From contig OZ243932.1 in the NCBI GenBank assembly GCA_965214035.1, forward strand, positions 1,857,260 through 1,921,259: a stretch of DNA of 64,000 nucleotides, given 5' to 3'. The notes beneath the pieces were generated by a model. That model was not told where the DNA came from. It made no database searches and saw nothing but the letters and a program-made list of their open reading frames with translations. The position numbers were made by a program, and so were the translations under genes. How positions within the stretch are numbered: the stretch's first letter is position 1; every line of letters starts with the position of its first letter. This document shows positions 40,847 to 49,392 of the stretch, piece after piece. The stretch comes from Gammaproteobacteria bacterium (GTDB lineage Bacteria > Pseudomonadota > Gammaproteobacteria > JAJDYQ01).

Positions 40847-41284
40847 CGCACGGCCCGAGTGCAGTATTTTCCATTGGAGATAACTTTTCAGTTGTGACGC
40901 CAACTTCTCGGGAAAACACTCCAGAATCTCAATCCACGACAACTGCTTGATGATGACATTAGTCTCAAGTTGCCAGTCCTCATCCCCGAAGACATTGGCC
41001 GAGCGACCAGCACCCAGTACGATAAAGTTGTTCACCCTCGGCATGGCCCGTCGCGCTTGAGTCTCACAATACCTTACTCGAAGATCTAGCTGGCTACGAT
41101 TTCCGGCGACACCCTGACCTGTGTTTAGCTTCGAGTTCCACTTCGCCTCGCCGAGAAGAAGCGTGGTGTCTGAACGAAGCGCGAAGTCGATCTCTGGCCC
41201 GCCACTTGACTCAGGCTTCTCAGGGTGAGGAAGTCTGCGCCAAAGCCAACAAACTGGGGCATCGGTAACTGTTGCTACGCCCAC
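40841..41284 (-). CDS. PD-(D/E)xK nuclease core (C-terminal half of split HsdR-N-like nuclease)
   Basis: 147 aa; IDFALRSD...LLGEAKW matches D-(x)n-E-x-K; in frame with upstream ORF, separated by a single TAA. Confidence 0.5.
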   Translation of the reverse strand: MGVATVTDAPVCWLWRRLPHPEKPESSGGPEIDFALRSDTTLLLGEAKWNSKLNTGQGVAGNRSQLDLRVRYCETQARRAMPRVNNFIVLGAGRSANVFGDEDWQLETNVIIKQLSWIEILECFPEKLASQLKSYLQWKILHSGRAP

Positions 41285-41806
41285 TTATTCGAGGATGCGA
41301 TTAAAGACGCTTAGCCGTGTGCTGGCGGGCGCATAGGCAAGACTCCCAAATACGCTCCATGTCACAGCGTCCTCGCTGTTCAGAGACTGTAGGTCCGTGT
41401 AGTGGCCCAATCCCGACGTTGCGGCCTCGGAGTCTTTCCCGGTACAACCCTCGAATTTGCTGCTCGCGTAGTATTTCTGGAGAAGCTCTGGCGTAGGCCA
41501 AGGAGAACATGTTCTGACCATGCTGTCGTCCGGGTGTGTAGTGACCAGCACACCGCCTCTGCTTTCAGCTAGAGAGATAGTCCTATCTTCGAGCCAAGGG
41601 TTGATGACATTGAGCCGCTCGCGCAGCACCGGCAGCATCACGACCTCGGTGAGGCTCTCCCGATGGGTGTCAGCCGGGGTCTGCTTCATACCCATCAGGT
41701 CGATGATCTCCCAACCCAAGCTCGCAAGCTGGTCGAGCAGCGGCTTCTCGACGTGGTTGCGCTCGTCAAGCTTAATCTGCTTCGGCGTTTTGCCTGGGGA
41801 GATCAT
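41285..41806 (-). CDS. HsdR-N-terminal-like domain protein (N-terminal half of split nuclease)
   Basis: 173 aa; EKPLLDQLASLGWEII...ESLTEVVMLPVLRERLNVINPWL resembles type I HsdR N-terminal helix. Confidence 0.5.
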   Translation of the reverse strand: MISPGKTPKQIKLDERNHVEKPLLDQLASLGWEIIDLMGMKQTPADTHRESLTEVVMLPVLRERLNVINPWLEDRTISLAESRGGVLVTTHPDDSMVRTCSPWPTPELLQKYYASSKFEGCTGKDSEAATSGLGHYTDLQSLNSEDAVTWSVFGSLAYAPASTRLSVFNRILE

Positions 41807-43920
41807 TCTGAAGCTTCTCCATTGGGCTTTTCGCCGTCGACTGTTCCAATAAACAGTAGTTTCTCCCGTGCCTTGTCATCGGCGAAATGAATGTTCCAAC
41901 GCTTCTCCATGAATTTCAGCAACTGAATGCCTCGCTCGCGAATTTCATCGGGGCCCCAATCCTTGTAATTAGAGACTTCGATTTCAGAGTGCGAACCATC
42001 TGCATAGCCGTTGCGGATCTTGCTGCCATCGCGATTGTACTTGGGCTTTTTCTTTTCAGCGAAGGCGTTGTTCTGTAGCGAAGAGTTGATCGCGGAAGAG
42101 AGGAGCAAAAGGTTCCCGAGGCTATTGCGGTACGCCTCCCGCTCTCGTTCGCGAATACCTTTGAAAGCTGGCTTCCAAGCCGCCGTCTCGGACTGCGGGC
42201 AAATGTGCTCGATGGATATCTTGTCCTTCGGCGACTTGAGCAAATCTGCCCAGTCAACCTTCTTGTCGCGACTCTTGGACAGCAACCCCAACTCGTACTC
42301 GTAGAGGAAATACCGCAAGCCGGGCCAGTCGTAGTAGCCCTGACCGTTCTCGAATTTCTTCTGAAGCAACAGATAGAAGTCATCATTCGCAAAATGGCCC
42401 TCATCCGTGAAAGTAAAGCTCATCCGGTCACGCAGTCGCTCCTTCAGTTCCGCCAAATCCATGTCGCCACGGTCGATCGCGCGTACCGCGTTGCTGAACT
42501 CCGAGCTGCGATAATTCGAACGGGTTTGGGTCAGCCGGAACACGACGAAGATAAACCGTTCGATCTCCTTGAATGTACCGATACGCTGAACGCGATCATT
42601 GCATTTCTTCAGAATCGCCATCAGCAACGGGCGAAAGTACGCCATGCCCAGCCGATTCAGACGTTGAATCCATTCAATTTCTTCCCGGGTCAAATCGCCG
42701 GACATTTCGGGGTAAAACGTGCAGAACCAGTGAACCGAAGACGCCTTGAGGCTCTTGACGTAGTCGCGAATCTCTTTCGGCCGCAACTCAGCGGCCATCA
42801 TCGGGTCGCTGCTTTCCACCTCGTCCAGTCCGTTCTCGTCGTCCGCTTCCAGGTCCGCGTCAGATGTCTGCTCCTCGGCTTCCTCCAGTTCAACCAGTTG
42901 AACGATCTTGCGATGAACGCGCTGCGGTGTGAACTGCTCCTCCAGCAGAAACTTGATGTAATCTCGCCCCGTCTGCCGAGAGTACTTGAAATACATCATC
43001 CAGTGGCCCCGCAGAAAGTCGTCGTCGTTCAGCGGCTTCGACTTGTTACGCCCCAACTGGAAGTAAACCTCCTTCCAAGCTTTGTTGATTAAGTCACGGA
43101 GATCGCTGCGCTCCGCGGGGTCCAGTTCCGCATCGGTATAGAGGGTCGTCAGGTAGATCAAACGATTCTTGAGCAATTCCAGATCTGAAAGCGTCTTGCC
43201 GCGGTTGTTCATCGTCTCGAAGGCGACGAAAACGTCGAACTCATCCTTGATGATGTACTCGTTAAACAGGAACCGTTTGGTCAGCATGCGGTACATACCT
43301 TGAAGCCCTGAGAGTCCTTCTTTTTCGTGCCAAGCTCGTAGTTGCTCTTTGAAGTAGTGTTTCCCATTGCTGAGATTGAGCGTATAGAACGTCTCGAACA
43401 CCGTGCCACCGCCCTCTTCGCCCAGAATTCGGTACCGCATGTACTGGTCACTGGGGTTGTCAACCGTGTAGCCGAACTTGTACGTCCGAAAGGCTTCCCC
43501 GGCCGGTTTCACCTCGAACAGAAACTTTCTTTCGACGGCCGCGATGCTGAGCGTATCGGTCAGGCAGATCGCGTCATCCACCTGACCCTTGTTTTCAGGC
43601 AAGCTGCGAAGCAACTCGATGAAGGCTTGCAGAAACAGCGTGAACGTCGTCAGCCGCTGCTGACCGTCGACGATGTGGTACACCTTGTACGAATGGTCAT
43701 CAACCAGCCAAAATTCCTTGTCATCCTGCTGAATGTCGGCGGATGGAATCTCCTTCAGAGTCAGCACACCGGTATAGTGGGAGCGACCGTCGGGCAGGTT
43801 GATGAGATCCTCCCAGAAGGCGTCCAGCTGCTCGCGTCCCCAGGCGTAACCACGCTGGTAGTCGGGAATTCGGAACAGCCTCTCCTTGAAGAGGCTATCG
43901 AGTGGTTTGGGTTCGTCCAT
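41803..43920 (-). CDS. GmrSD-like DUF262 (ParB/Srx-like NTPase) + DUF1524 (His-Me finger nuclease) protein
   Basis: 705 aa; DGQQR motif (IVDGQQRLTTF) N-terminal; HIEHICPQS...N HNH-like motif C-terminal; GC-rich by eye. Confidence 0.8.
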   Translation of the reverse strand: MDEPKPLDSLFKERLFRIPDYQRGYAWGREQLDAFWEDLINLPDGRSHYTGVLTLKEIPSADIQQDDKEFWLVDDHSYKVYHIVDGQQRLTTFTLFLQAFIELLRSLPENKGQVDDAICLTDTLSIAAVERKFLFEVKPAGEAFRTYKFGYTVDNPSDQYMRYRILGEEGGGTVFETFYTLNLSNGKHYFKEQLRAWHEKEGLSGLQGMYRMLTKRFLFNEYIIKDEFDVFVAFETMNNRGKTLSDLELLKNRLIYLTTLYTDAELDPAERSDLRDLINKAWKEVYFQLGRNKSKPLNDDDFLRGHWMMYFKYSRQTGRDYIKFLLEEQFTPQRVHRKIVQLVELEEAEEQTSDADLEADDENGLDEVESSDPMMAAELRPKEIRDYVKSLKASSVHWFCTFYPEMSGDLTREEIEWIQRLNRLGMAYFRPLLMAILKKCNDRVQRIGTFKEIERFIFVVFRLTQTRSNYRSSEFSNAVRAIDRGDMDLAELKERLRDRMSFTFTDEGHFANDDFYLLLQKKFENGQGYYDWPGLRYFLYEYELGLLSKSRDKKVDWADLLKSPKDKISIEHICPQSETAAWKPAFKGIREREREAYRNSLGNLLLLSSAINSSLQNNAFAEKKKPKYNRDGSKIRNGYADGSHSEIEVSNYKDWGPDEIRERGIQLLKFMEKRWNIHFADDKAREKLLFIGTVDGEKPNGEASE

Positions 43921-43986
43921 CGCGATACTCGTTGATTAATTATGGGAATTATATGGGAATTATATACTTGACTCCCTAGTGTCTCG

Positions 43987-44649
43987 TCATATTTCTTGTG
44001 TTGGATATAGTCGTTTTAGTTTGATGCGCGCGTCTTCAGTTGTGAACTGCCAATCCACCTGAGTCTGCAGGCGGTCCCGTGAGGCTTGCCAGGCAGCGAC
44101 CTCACGTGCGAGTATGTCCATACGGTCGATACGCCGATTCAGGCATTGGCGGTTCATGACATTGAGTTCGATTTCAGCCACATTCAGCCAACTACCGTGC
44201 TTTGGGGTGTACACGAACTCGAATCGGTCCCATAGTGCTTTGGCTTGTGCCGGTGGGTAGGCTTCATAGAATGCACCGGGGCGGTGGGTATTGAGATTGT
44301 CCATGACCAAGGTGATGCGGGTGGCATCCCGATAGCGTGCGGCGATGTCGGAGAGGAACTGCGCCCAATCGGTTCGGGTTCTACGTTCGGTTACTTGGGT
44401 CATCCGCTTGCCAGCCAAAGGTTCGGTGGCCATGAAGACATTACAGGTTCCACAACGCTGGTATTCGTAGTCGTATCGGGCTGGCTGTCCTGGACTCATG
44501 GCAACCGGCGTACGAGTCTCCCGAATCAGTTGGCGCGGTGTCTCGTCCATGCATACTACCGGGAAAGCGGCATCGTAGGGACGCCGGTAAACATCCAGCA
44601 CCTTTTCCATCGCGGCGACGAACTCGGCGTTGCCTTGTGGCGGAATCAC
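43987..44649 (-). CDS. IS630-family transposase, DDE catalytic part (orfB)
   Basis: 220 aa; DDE motifs (VVCMDE, VMDNLNTH, SWLNVAE). Confidence 0.85.
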   Translation of the reverse strand: MIPPQGNAEFVAAMEKVLDVYRRPYDAAFPVVCMDETPRQLIRETRTPVAMSPGQPARYDYEYQRCGTCNVFMATEPLAGKRMTQVTERRTRTDWAQFLSDIAARYRDATRITLVMDNLNTHRPGAFYEAYPPAQAKALWDRFEFVYTPKHGSWLNVAEIELNVMNRQCLNRRIDRMDILAREVAAWQASRDRLQTQVDWQFTTEDARIKLKRLYPTQEI

Positions 44650-45122
44650 CCATCCGACCCGCGGCCATGGTTTGAGTTCGTTTTTTTTAGAACCCGTCGC
44701 ACGGTTTCATGGGACACCGAATCAATGTAACCCAGTTCCACAACCCGGTCGGCCAAGAGCCGCAACGACCATTGCGCGTAACCCGCCGGAGCTTCATCAC
44801 AGGCCAAAGCCACCAGACGCGCCTCGAATTCGCCGTCGGCCTTACGAATATAGGTGAGCCTGCGCCCTTGGCGGCCTCCTAGCGCCGCATCCAGACCTTC
44901 CTCCACAAACCGCTTCTTCACTCGATCCACCTTGCGCATGCTGATGCGTAGTATGTCCGAGATGGCTTCCCCAGTGGAATGCCGATCATTGAAAACACCT
45001 TCATCGCAGTTGAGCAGGATCAACGCATTAATCACCTTTTGGGACCGATGCGAACCCTTGTTCGTGATACCTGTCAATTCATCTCGCTCCGCTTCGTCCA
45101 ACGTCACCCTATAGCGTTTCAT
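44646..45122 (-). CDS. IS630-family transposase, N-terminal HTH part (orfA), joined to orfB by frameshift
   Basis: 158 aa; HTH domains; A8 slippery run (coding strand) at 44684-44691 at the orfA/orfB overlap. Confidence 0.8.
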   Translation of the reverse strand: MKRYRVTLDEAERDELTGITNKGSHRSQKVINALILLNCDEGVFNDRHSTGEAISDILRISMRKVDRVKKRFVEEGLDAALGGRQGRRLTYIRKADGEFEARLVALACDEAPAGYAQWSLRLLADRVVELGYIDSVSHETVRRVLKKTNSNHGRGSDG

Positions 45123-45206
45123 ACATTCAACCTCGTCTTAAACAGAAAACAAGGAATCTATCATATTATATGCGACATATCATGTATGACGAGACACTAG
45201 TCTCCA

Positions 45207-46068
45207 TTAATTAAAGCACGAAGATTGGTTGCCAAGTGGTTTAAATCGAAGATGTAAATGCTTGCGGCCAGCATGATGCCAGACACCGTACAGCCCTCGG
45301 CGCAACAGTGCCCAGACGCTTTCGATGCTGTTCGTATGGATATCGTTCGCACCGACATACTCCCCGGCACTGTGCTTGACGTGTCCATGCTCGTATCCGG
45401 CCAGTCCTTGATAGGCGGTCGCTTCCTCCGTGTAGACCGATGATCCCTTCTTGACGTGTTGCTTGATGGTGCCCTGTAGCGTCTCCTTCTTGGTATCCCC
45501 TACTGGCATCGCCACGGTGCGTCCAGTCGCCCGTTCTCGCAACCCTACGACCGCTTGCTTACCGACCGCTCCCCGACCTTCATGTAACTTTTTCCATTCG
45601 TGTTTGTTCTTTTCCTTACCGCCGATATAAACCTCATCGACTTCGACTTCACCGGACAGCATCCCGCCATCACTGCCATCACCACAGGCCTCACGGATAC
45701 GCACCTGCATAAACCAAGCGGTCTTTTGTGTCACTCCAATCTGCTTTGATAATTGCAGACTGGATATCCCCTTGCGTTCCGTGACCGTCATGTAGATCGC
45801 GTAAATCCACTTGTGTAGGGGAACGGATGACCGCTCAAAGATCGTTCCGGTACGCACCGTAAATTCCTCGTTGCAGTCTTTGCATCGGTAGTACCCCAAC
45901 CGCTTTCCCTACCTGGCGTAGATGTTGCCAAAGCAACCGCAATGAGCACAAACGGGCGTACCTTTCCAGCGCTGTTGCTCAATGTAGCATCTGGCTGATT
46001 CAGCATTGGGAAACTGCTCAAACAGTTCGACCAGGGAAATTGTGATATTATCTTTCATTGTGCTTTCC
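45207..46068 (-). pseudogene. IS1595-family transposase with in-frame TAG
   Basis: N-terminal zinc ribbon MKDNITIS...CAHCGCFGNIYAR then in-frame TAG (about 45900) then GKRLGYYRCKDCNEEF...DDE region to 45207. Confidence 0.7.
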
Positions 46069-46129
46069 TATTGACATGACCCATTTTATAACGCAACAGC
46101 TAGGGAGTCAAGTATATAATTCCCAAAAG

Positions 46130-46520
46130 TTATTGGTTATGCGCAAAGCAGAGTTTGAAGAGGATTTGGCCGCCGGGTTAGTGGGGTTTTTATGCCCGAT
46201 GCTTTGATGCGCAAATATCCAGATGCACAACGTGAGTGGATTTGGCAATATGTTTTTTCCTCGCCAAAATTATCACAAGACCCAAGAACAGGAATAGTCA
46301 GGCGCCATCATATTTATGAGCAATCTATTGGACGAGCGATTAAACAGACAGCACGTGATGGACAAATAGCAAAAAGAGTGAGTGCTCACACCTTCAGGCA
46401 TTCGTTTGCCACGCATCTGCTTGAGGCAGGCTATGACATTCGTACCATTCAAGATTTATTGGGGCATAAACATGTAGAAACCACAATGATTTATACCCAT
46501 GTGCTCAAATCGGGGGGACA
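46130..46520 (+). pseudogene. intI: integron integrase IntI, C-terminal fragment (5'-truncated at IS1595 end)
   Basis: [25 protein letters not shown]...[16 protein letters not shown]...[45 protein letters not shown] matches IntI C-terminus including IntI-specific insert and catalytic Y; frameshift near 46180; no stop. Confidence 0.8.
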
Positions 46521-46596
46521 GGGGGGCAGTCGCCTTTGGATGTATTGTAATACTATCCTGACAAGCGAGGCTTTATTAAAATCCTGTCACTATCTT

Positions 46597-47307
46597 TCAG
46601 CGCACCACAACCACCGAGTCAGAAAGCAACGGCTGTATGATTTCAAGTACATCTTCTTTGGTGACCTCAGTGCGGAAAGTTTTGATGATCCTCTGATTCC
46701 GGTCAATGACAACGGTGTAGGGCAGGGTTGTCAGTTGGTTGCCATACTCCTGCATGATGGTCAGCCCTTCCAGTTCAGCAAGCAGGATCGGGTATTCCAC
46801 GCCGATTTCGTCAACAAAATCCTGTACGGGTTCGGCCTGATCAATGGCTACTCCGATAATCTCAAACGGCTCGCCTTCGAGTTGTTCGCGCAGCTCAATA
46901 AAATCCGGCATTTCCTTGCGGCACGGAGGGCACCAGATTGCCCAGAAGTTGAGCAGGATAATGTTGCCGTCCCATTCGCTCAGGCTGCGTCTGTCGCCTT
47001 CAAGACTGTTTAAGCTGAAATCGGGTCTGATTTCAGGTATGCCAACCTGCCGCTCTGTCTGTATCGGGGTGCTTTTATCGCCTTGCAGCCATTGTGCAGC
47101 CAGCACTCCCGCGACCATGGATATCAGGGCAACAGTACCATAGAGCAGTGCCGTCTTGTATGACGCTTTCATGAAGATAGTGACCCGCCACAACCGCGTC
47201 AGAGCTTCATCCAAAAGCATCGGTGTGTACTGTTTTATAGTTGAGGTGGCACTGTGACAGCATGTATCATTATGTACCTGTGCCCAAAATCCCCAAGACA
47301 GCCTCAA
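46597..47307 (-). CDS. TlpA/ResA-like thiol:disulfide oxidoreductase, membrane anchored
   Basis: 236 aa; N-terminal [13 protein letters not shown] thioredoxin motif. Confidence 0.75.
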   Translation of the reverse strand: MRLSWGFWAQVHNDTCCHSATSTIKQYTPMLLDEALTRLWRVTIFMKASYKTALLYGTVALISMVAGVLAAQWLQGDKSTPIQTERQVGIPEIRPDFSLNSLEGDRRSLSEWDGNIILLNFWAIWCPPCRKEMPDFIELREQLEGEPFEIIGVAIDQAEPVQDFVDEIGVEYPILLAELEGLTIMQEYGNQLTTLPYTVVIDRNQRIIKTFRTEVTKEDVLEIIQPLLSDSVVVVR

Positions 47308-47492
47308 GAACTTTTCTGACAGGAACCGATTTGCGAACAGTTCTTGTGGGAGGGCAAATAGTGCTTAATACGATCCCGGCTTTCACCTGTCAGCTTATTT
47401 ATGCAAGCAACGATACACTACTCTGAAAATAATTTGATTTTCAGATAGGTTCAATCAGATGTCAGGGCGATTACCGCACCTGACGGCGGCAA

Positions 47493-48281
47493 TCAACCGC
47501 CGGCATCCTCGCCAATCGGCTGCACTGTATTGTTGGATCTCGGTGTTGATACCTTTCGAAGATCGCGTATATGGTAGTTCGTTCCCTTTCTCTCCAGTTC
47601 GAACAAACCTACTGCACGGACCAGATCACTCAGCTTCGCGAAACCGTAGTTTCTCGGGTCGAAGTCAGCAGCAGTCCTGTTGACGTAACTGCCAACACGA
47701 GCCAAGGCAGTCCAGCCACTATCGTCGCACTCTGCGTCTATCGCAGCACGCAGTAGATTCACTAACCTGGCGTCGCCTCGCAGCTCATTCGATGTCCGTG
47801 AATGCACCCCCTGTTCTTCCCCTTGAGCTGCAAAATTAGCGAACACTTCAGTATATGTGAATCTGTCGCACGCAGCCACGAAGGGGCGCGGCGTCTTACG
47901 CTCGCCGAATCCGTAAACCTTAAGTCCTGACTCTCGAATCCGCGCAGCGAGGCGAGTGAAGTCACTATCGCTCGAGACCAGGCAGAATCCACTGAACACT
48001 CCTGCATACAGAAGATCCATTGCATCGATGATCAGTGCACTATCGGTGGCGTTCTTTCCGGTGGTATAGGCGAATTGTTGTATAGGCTGGATTGAATGCT
48101 CTAGCAGAACTGACTTCCACTGAGTGAGACCAGGAGTGGTCCAATCCCCATAAATTCGCTTTACACTAGCAATACCAAGCTTCGCAATTTCTGTGAGGAG
48201 TCCCTCAACAATCGACGCACTCACATTGTCCGCGTCTATGAGCACTGCAAGGGGATGATTGTCGCTATTGTCAGGCTGCAT
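47493..48281 (-). CDS. NYN (LabA-like) domain protein with C-terminal OST-HTH-like region
   Basis: 262 aa; AVLIDADN and SSDSDF NYN motifs. Confidence 0.7.
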   Translation of the reverse strand: MQPDNSDNHPLAVLIDADNVSASIVEGLLTEIAKLGIASVKRIYGDWTTPGLTQWKSVLLEHSIQPIQQFAYTTGKNATDSALIIDAMDLLYAGVFSGFCLVSSDSDFTRLAARIRESGLKVYGFGERKTPRPFVAACDRFTYTEVFANFAAQGEEQGVHSRTSNELRGDARLVNLLRAAIDAECDDSGWTALARVGSYVNRTAADFDPRNYGFAKLSDLVRAVGLFELERKGTNYHIRDLRKVSTPRSNNTVQPIGEDAGG

Positions 48282-48400
48282 ATCTATACGAGATATCTAG
48301 CGATCAAACTCAGCCGGATGCGGAAAATTGGGAGTGATAGAGAAAAAATTTTTCCCCGAATAATCAGTTACGTGATTCACCATATATCTAACACCTCTGT

Positions 48401-48721
48401 TCAGCGGCGCAGCTTTACTGCGTCGGGCTGCATGCGCTTGTTAGTGGTCACATCTTGTAAGCTCCCAGACACATACTTGTGCAAAATGCTGGACACCAAT
48501 GTTTGATACGGGATACCCTCTATTAATGCACGCTTTTGAATGGCGTCCAGATCACGGCTCGAAATGCGGATATTTATCCGTTTATCTTTTTTAAAGGTAT
48601 GTGTTGCCATTTCCTGAATCTTCTTCCTGCGTGCGGATGTTAGTTTCGACTTAAACTCACCGGCCTCATAAGCCTTTAAAAGTTTCTTTTCATCTTTATC
48701 CAGTTTCACTTTACTCATCAC
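48401..48721 (-). CDS. brnA: BrnA-type antitoxin
   Basis: 106 aa; overlaps brnT by 11 bp; RHH-like C-terminal region. Confidence 0.6.
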   Translation of the reverse strand: MMSKVKLDKDEKKLLKAYEAGEFKSKLTSARRKKIQEMATHTFKKDKRINIRISSRDLDAIQKRALIEGIPYQTLVSSILHKYVSGSLQDVTTNKRMQPDAVKLRR

Positions 48722-48992
48722 TCTCCCCCAGATACTGTCTGGTTGCTTTTCGGCTTGGGATAATGGTTTTCAAAAAAATACCTTCCCTGGATTCCACGTA
48801 TGGTACCAAATAGACATAGCCTTCAATGGCTACGACATACATCCTTTGGTGCCCATAAACCTCCTGATTAGGAGGTTCAACATCATCCAGCAAGCTATCC
48901 GACTGAAGATGGAAAATAACTTCCTCAAAAGAGACTCCTCTTTCTTCAATGAGCTGCTTGTTTTTCTCCAGATCCCAATCGTATTGCTTCAT
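48711..48992 (-). CDS. brnT: BrnT-type toxin (DUF497)
   Basis: 93 aa; MKQYDWDLEKNKQLIEERGVSFEEV N-terminus typical of BrnT. Confidence 0.7.
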   Translation of the reverse strand: MKQYDWDLEKNKQLIEERGVSFEEVIFHLQSDSLLDDVEPPNQEVYGHQRMYVVAIEGYVYLVPYVESREGIFLKTIIPSRKATRQYLGESDE

Positions 48993-49392
48993 GGAATGTG
49001 AGTATAGCAGAATGTGAGCCTTTTGGCATCATTTTCAAGTGACCGCTAAGGCCGCCAATAGAGGTCGAAAAATCAGAGCGAAGCGGCGGTATTACGATCC
49101 CTCTAGGGGCCTTACTATACGCTTTAATCAACATGCATTGCTGTTTCTGCATATTCCTTTTTTGGCATCAGGCGTGCCATTTGATTCCCAAGGTAGTTGT
49201 GACATATAGTGCCTAAATCAGGTGCGCCGCGGGCGTCACCCGGATTTACTTGTCAGGTATGTGTTTGTGGTCGATCTGAACTTGCTTTATTTTATAAATA
49301 AACTCTGGCTTGTTAACATAAGCCATAGCTCTATCCCATAAAGGATTTGTACGGTCATAAAGATTCTTCGCAAGTGCCTTTATTTCGGTAGC

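Larger units (their letters stand above)
43979..45197. mobile_element. IS630-family insertion sequence nested in IS1595 element
   Basis: Terminal IRs GTGTCTCGTCAT / ATGACGAGACAC flanked by TA (43977-78) and TA (45198-99). Confidence 0.85.
43955..46124. mobile_element. IS1595-family insertion sequence carrying a nested IS630-family element
   Basis: Perfect 25-bp terminal IRs GGGAATTATATACTTGACTCCCTAG (43955-43979; rc at 46100-46124); about 949 bp excluding nested IS; no flanking TSD. Confidence 0.8.

Noticed and set aside
42205-43092. 295-aa + strand ORF
   Set aside because: Antisense to the GmrSD-like gene in a GC-rich region where long spurious frames are expected; no motifs.
46192-47013. 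273-aa + strand ORF
   Set aside because: Only the first 110 codons are IntI-like. The rest is read-through with no stop, lying antisense to the TlpA-like gene (46597..47307). Treated as an intI pseudogene fragment, not a gene.
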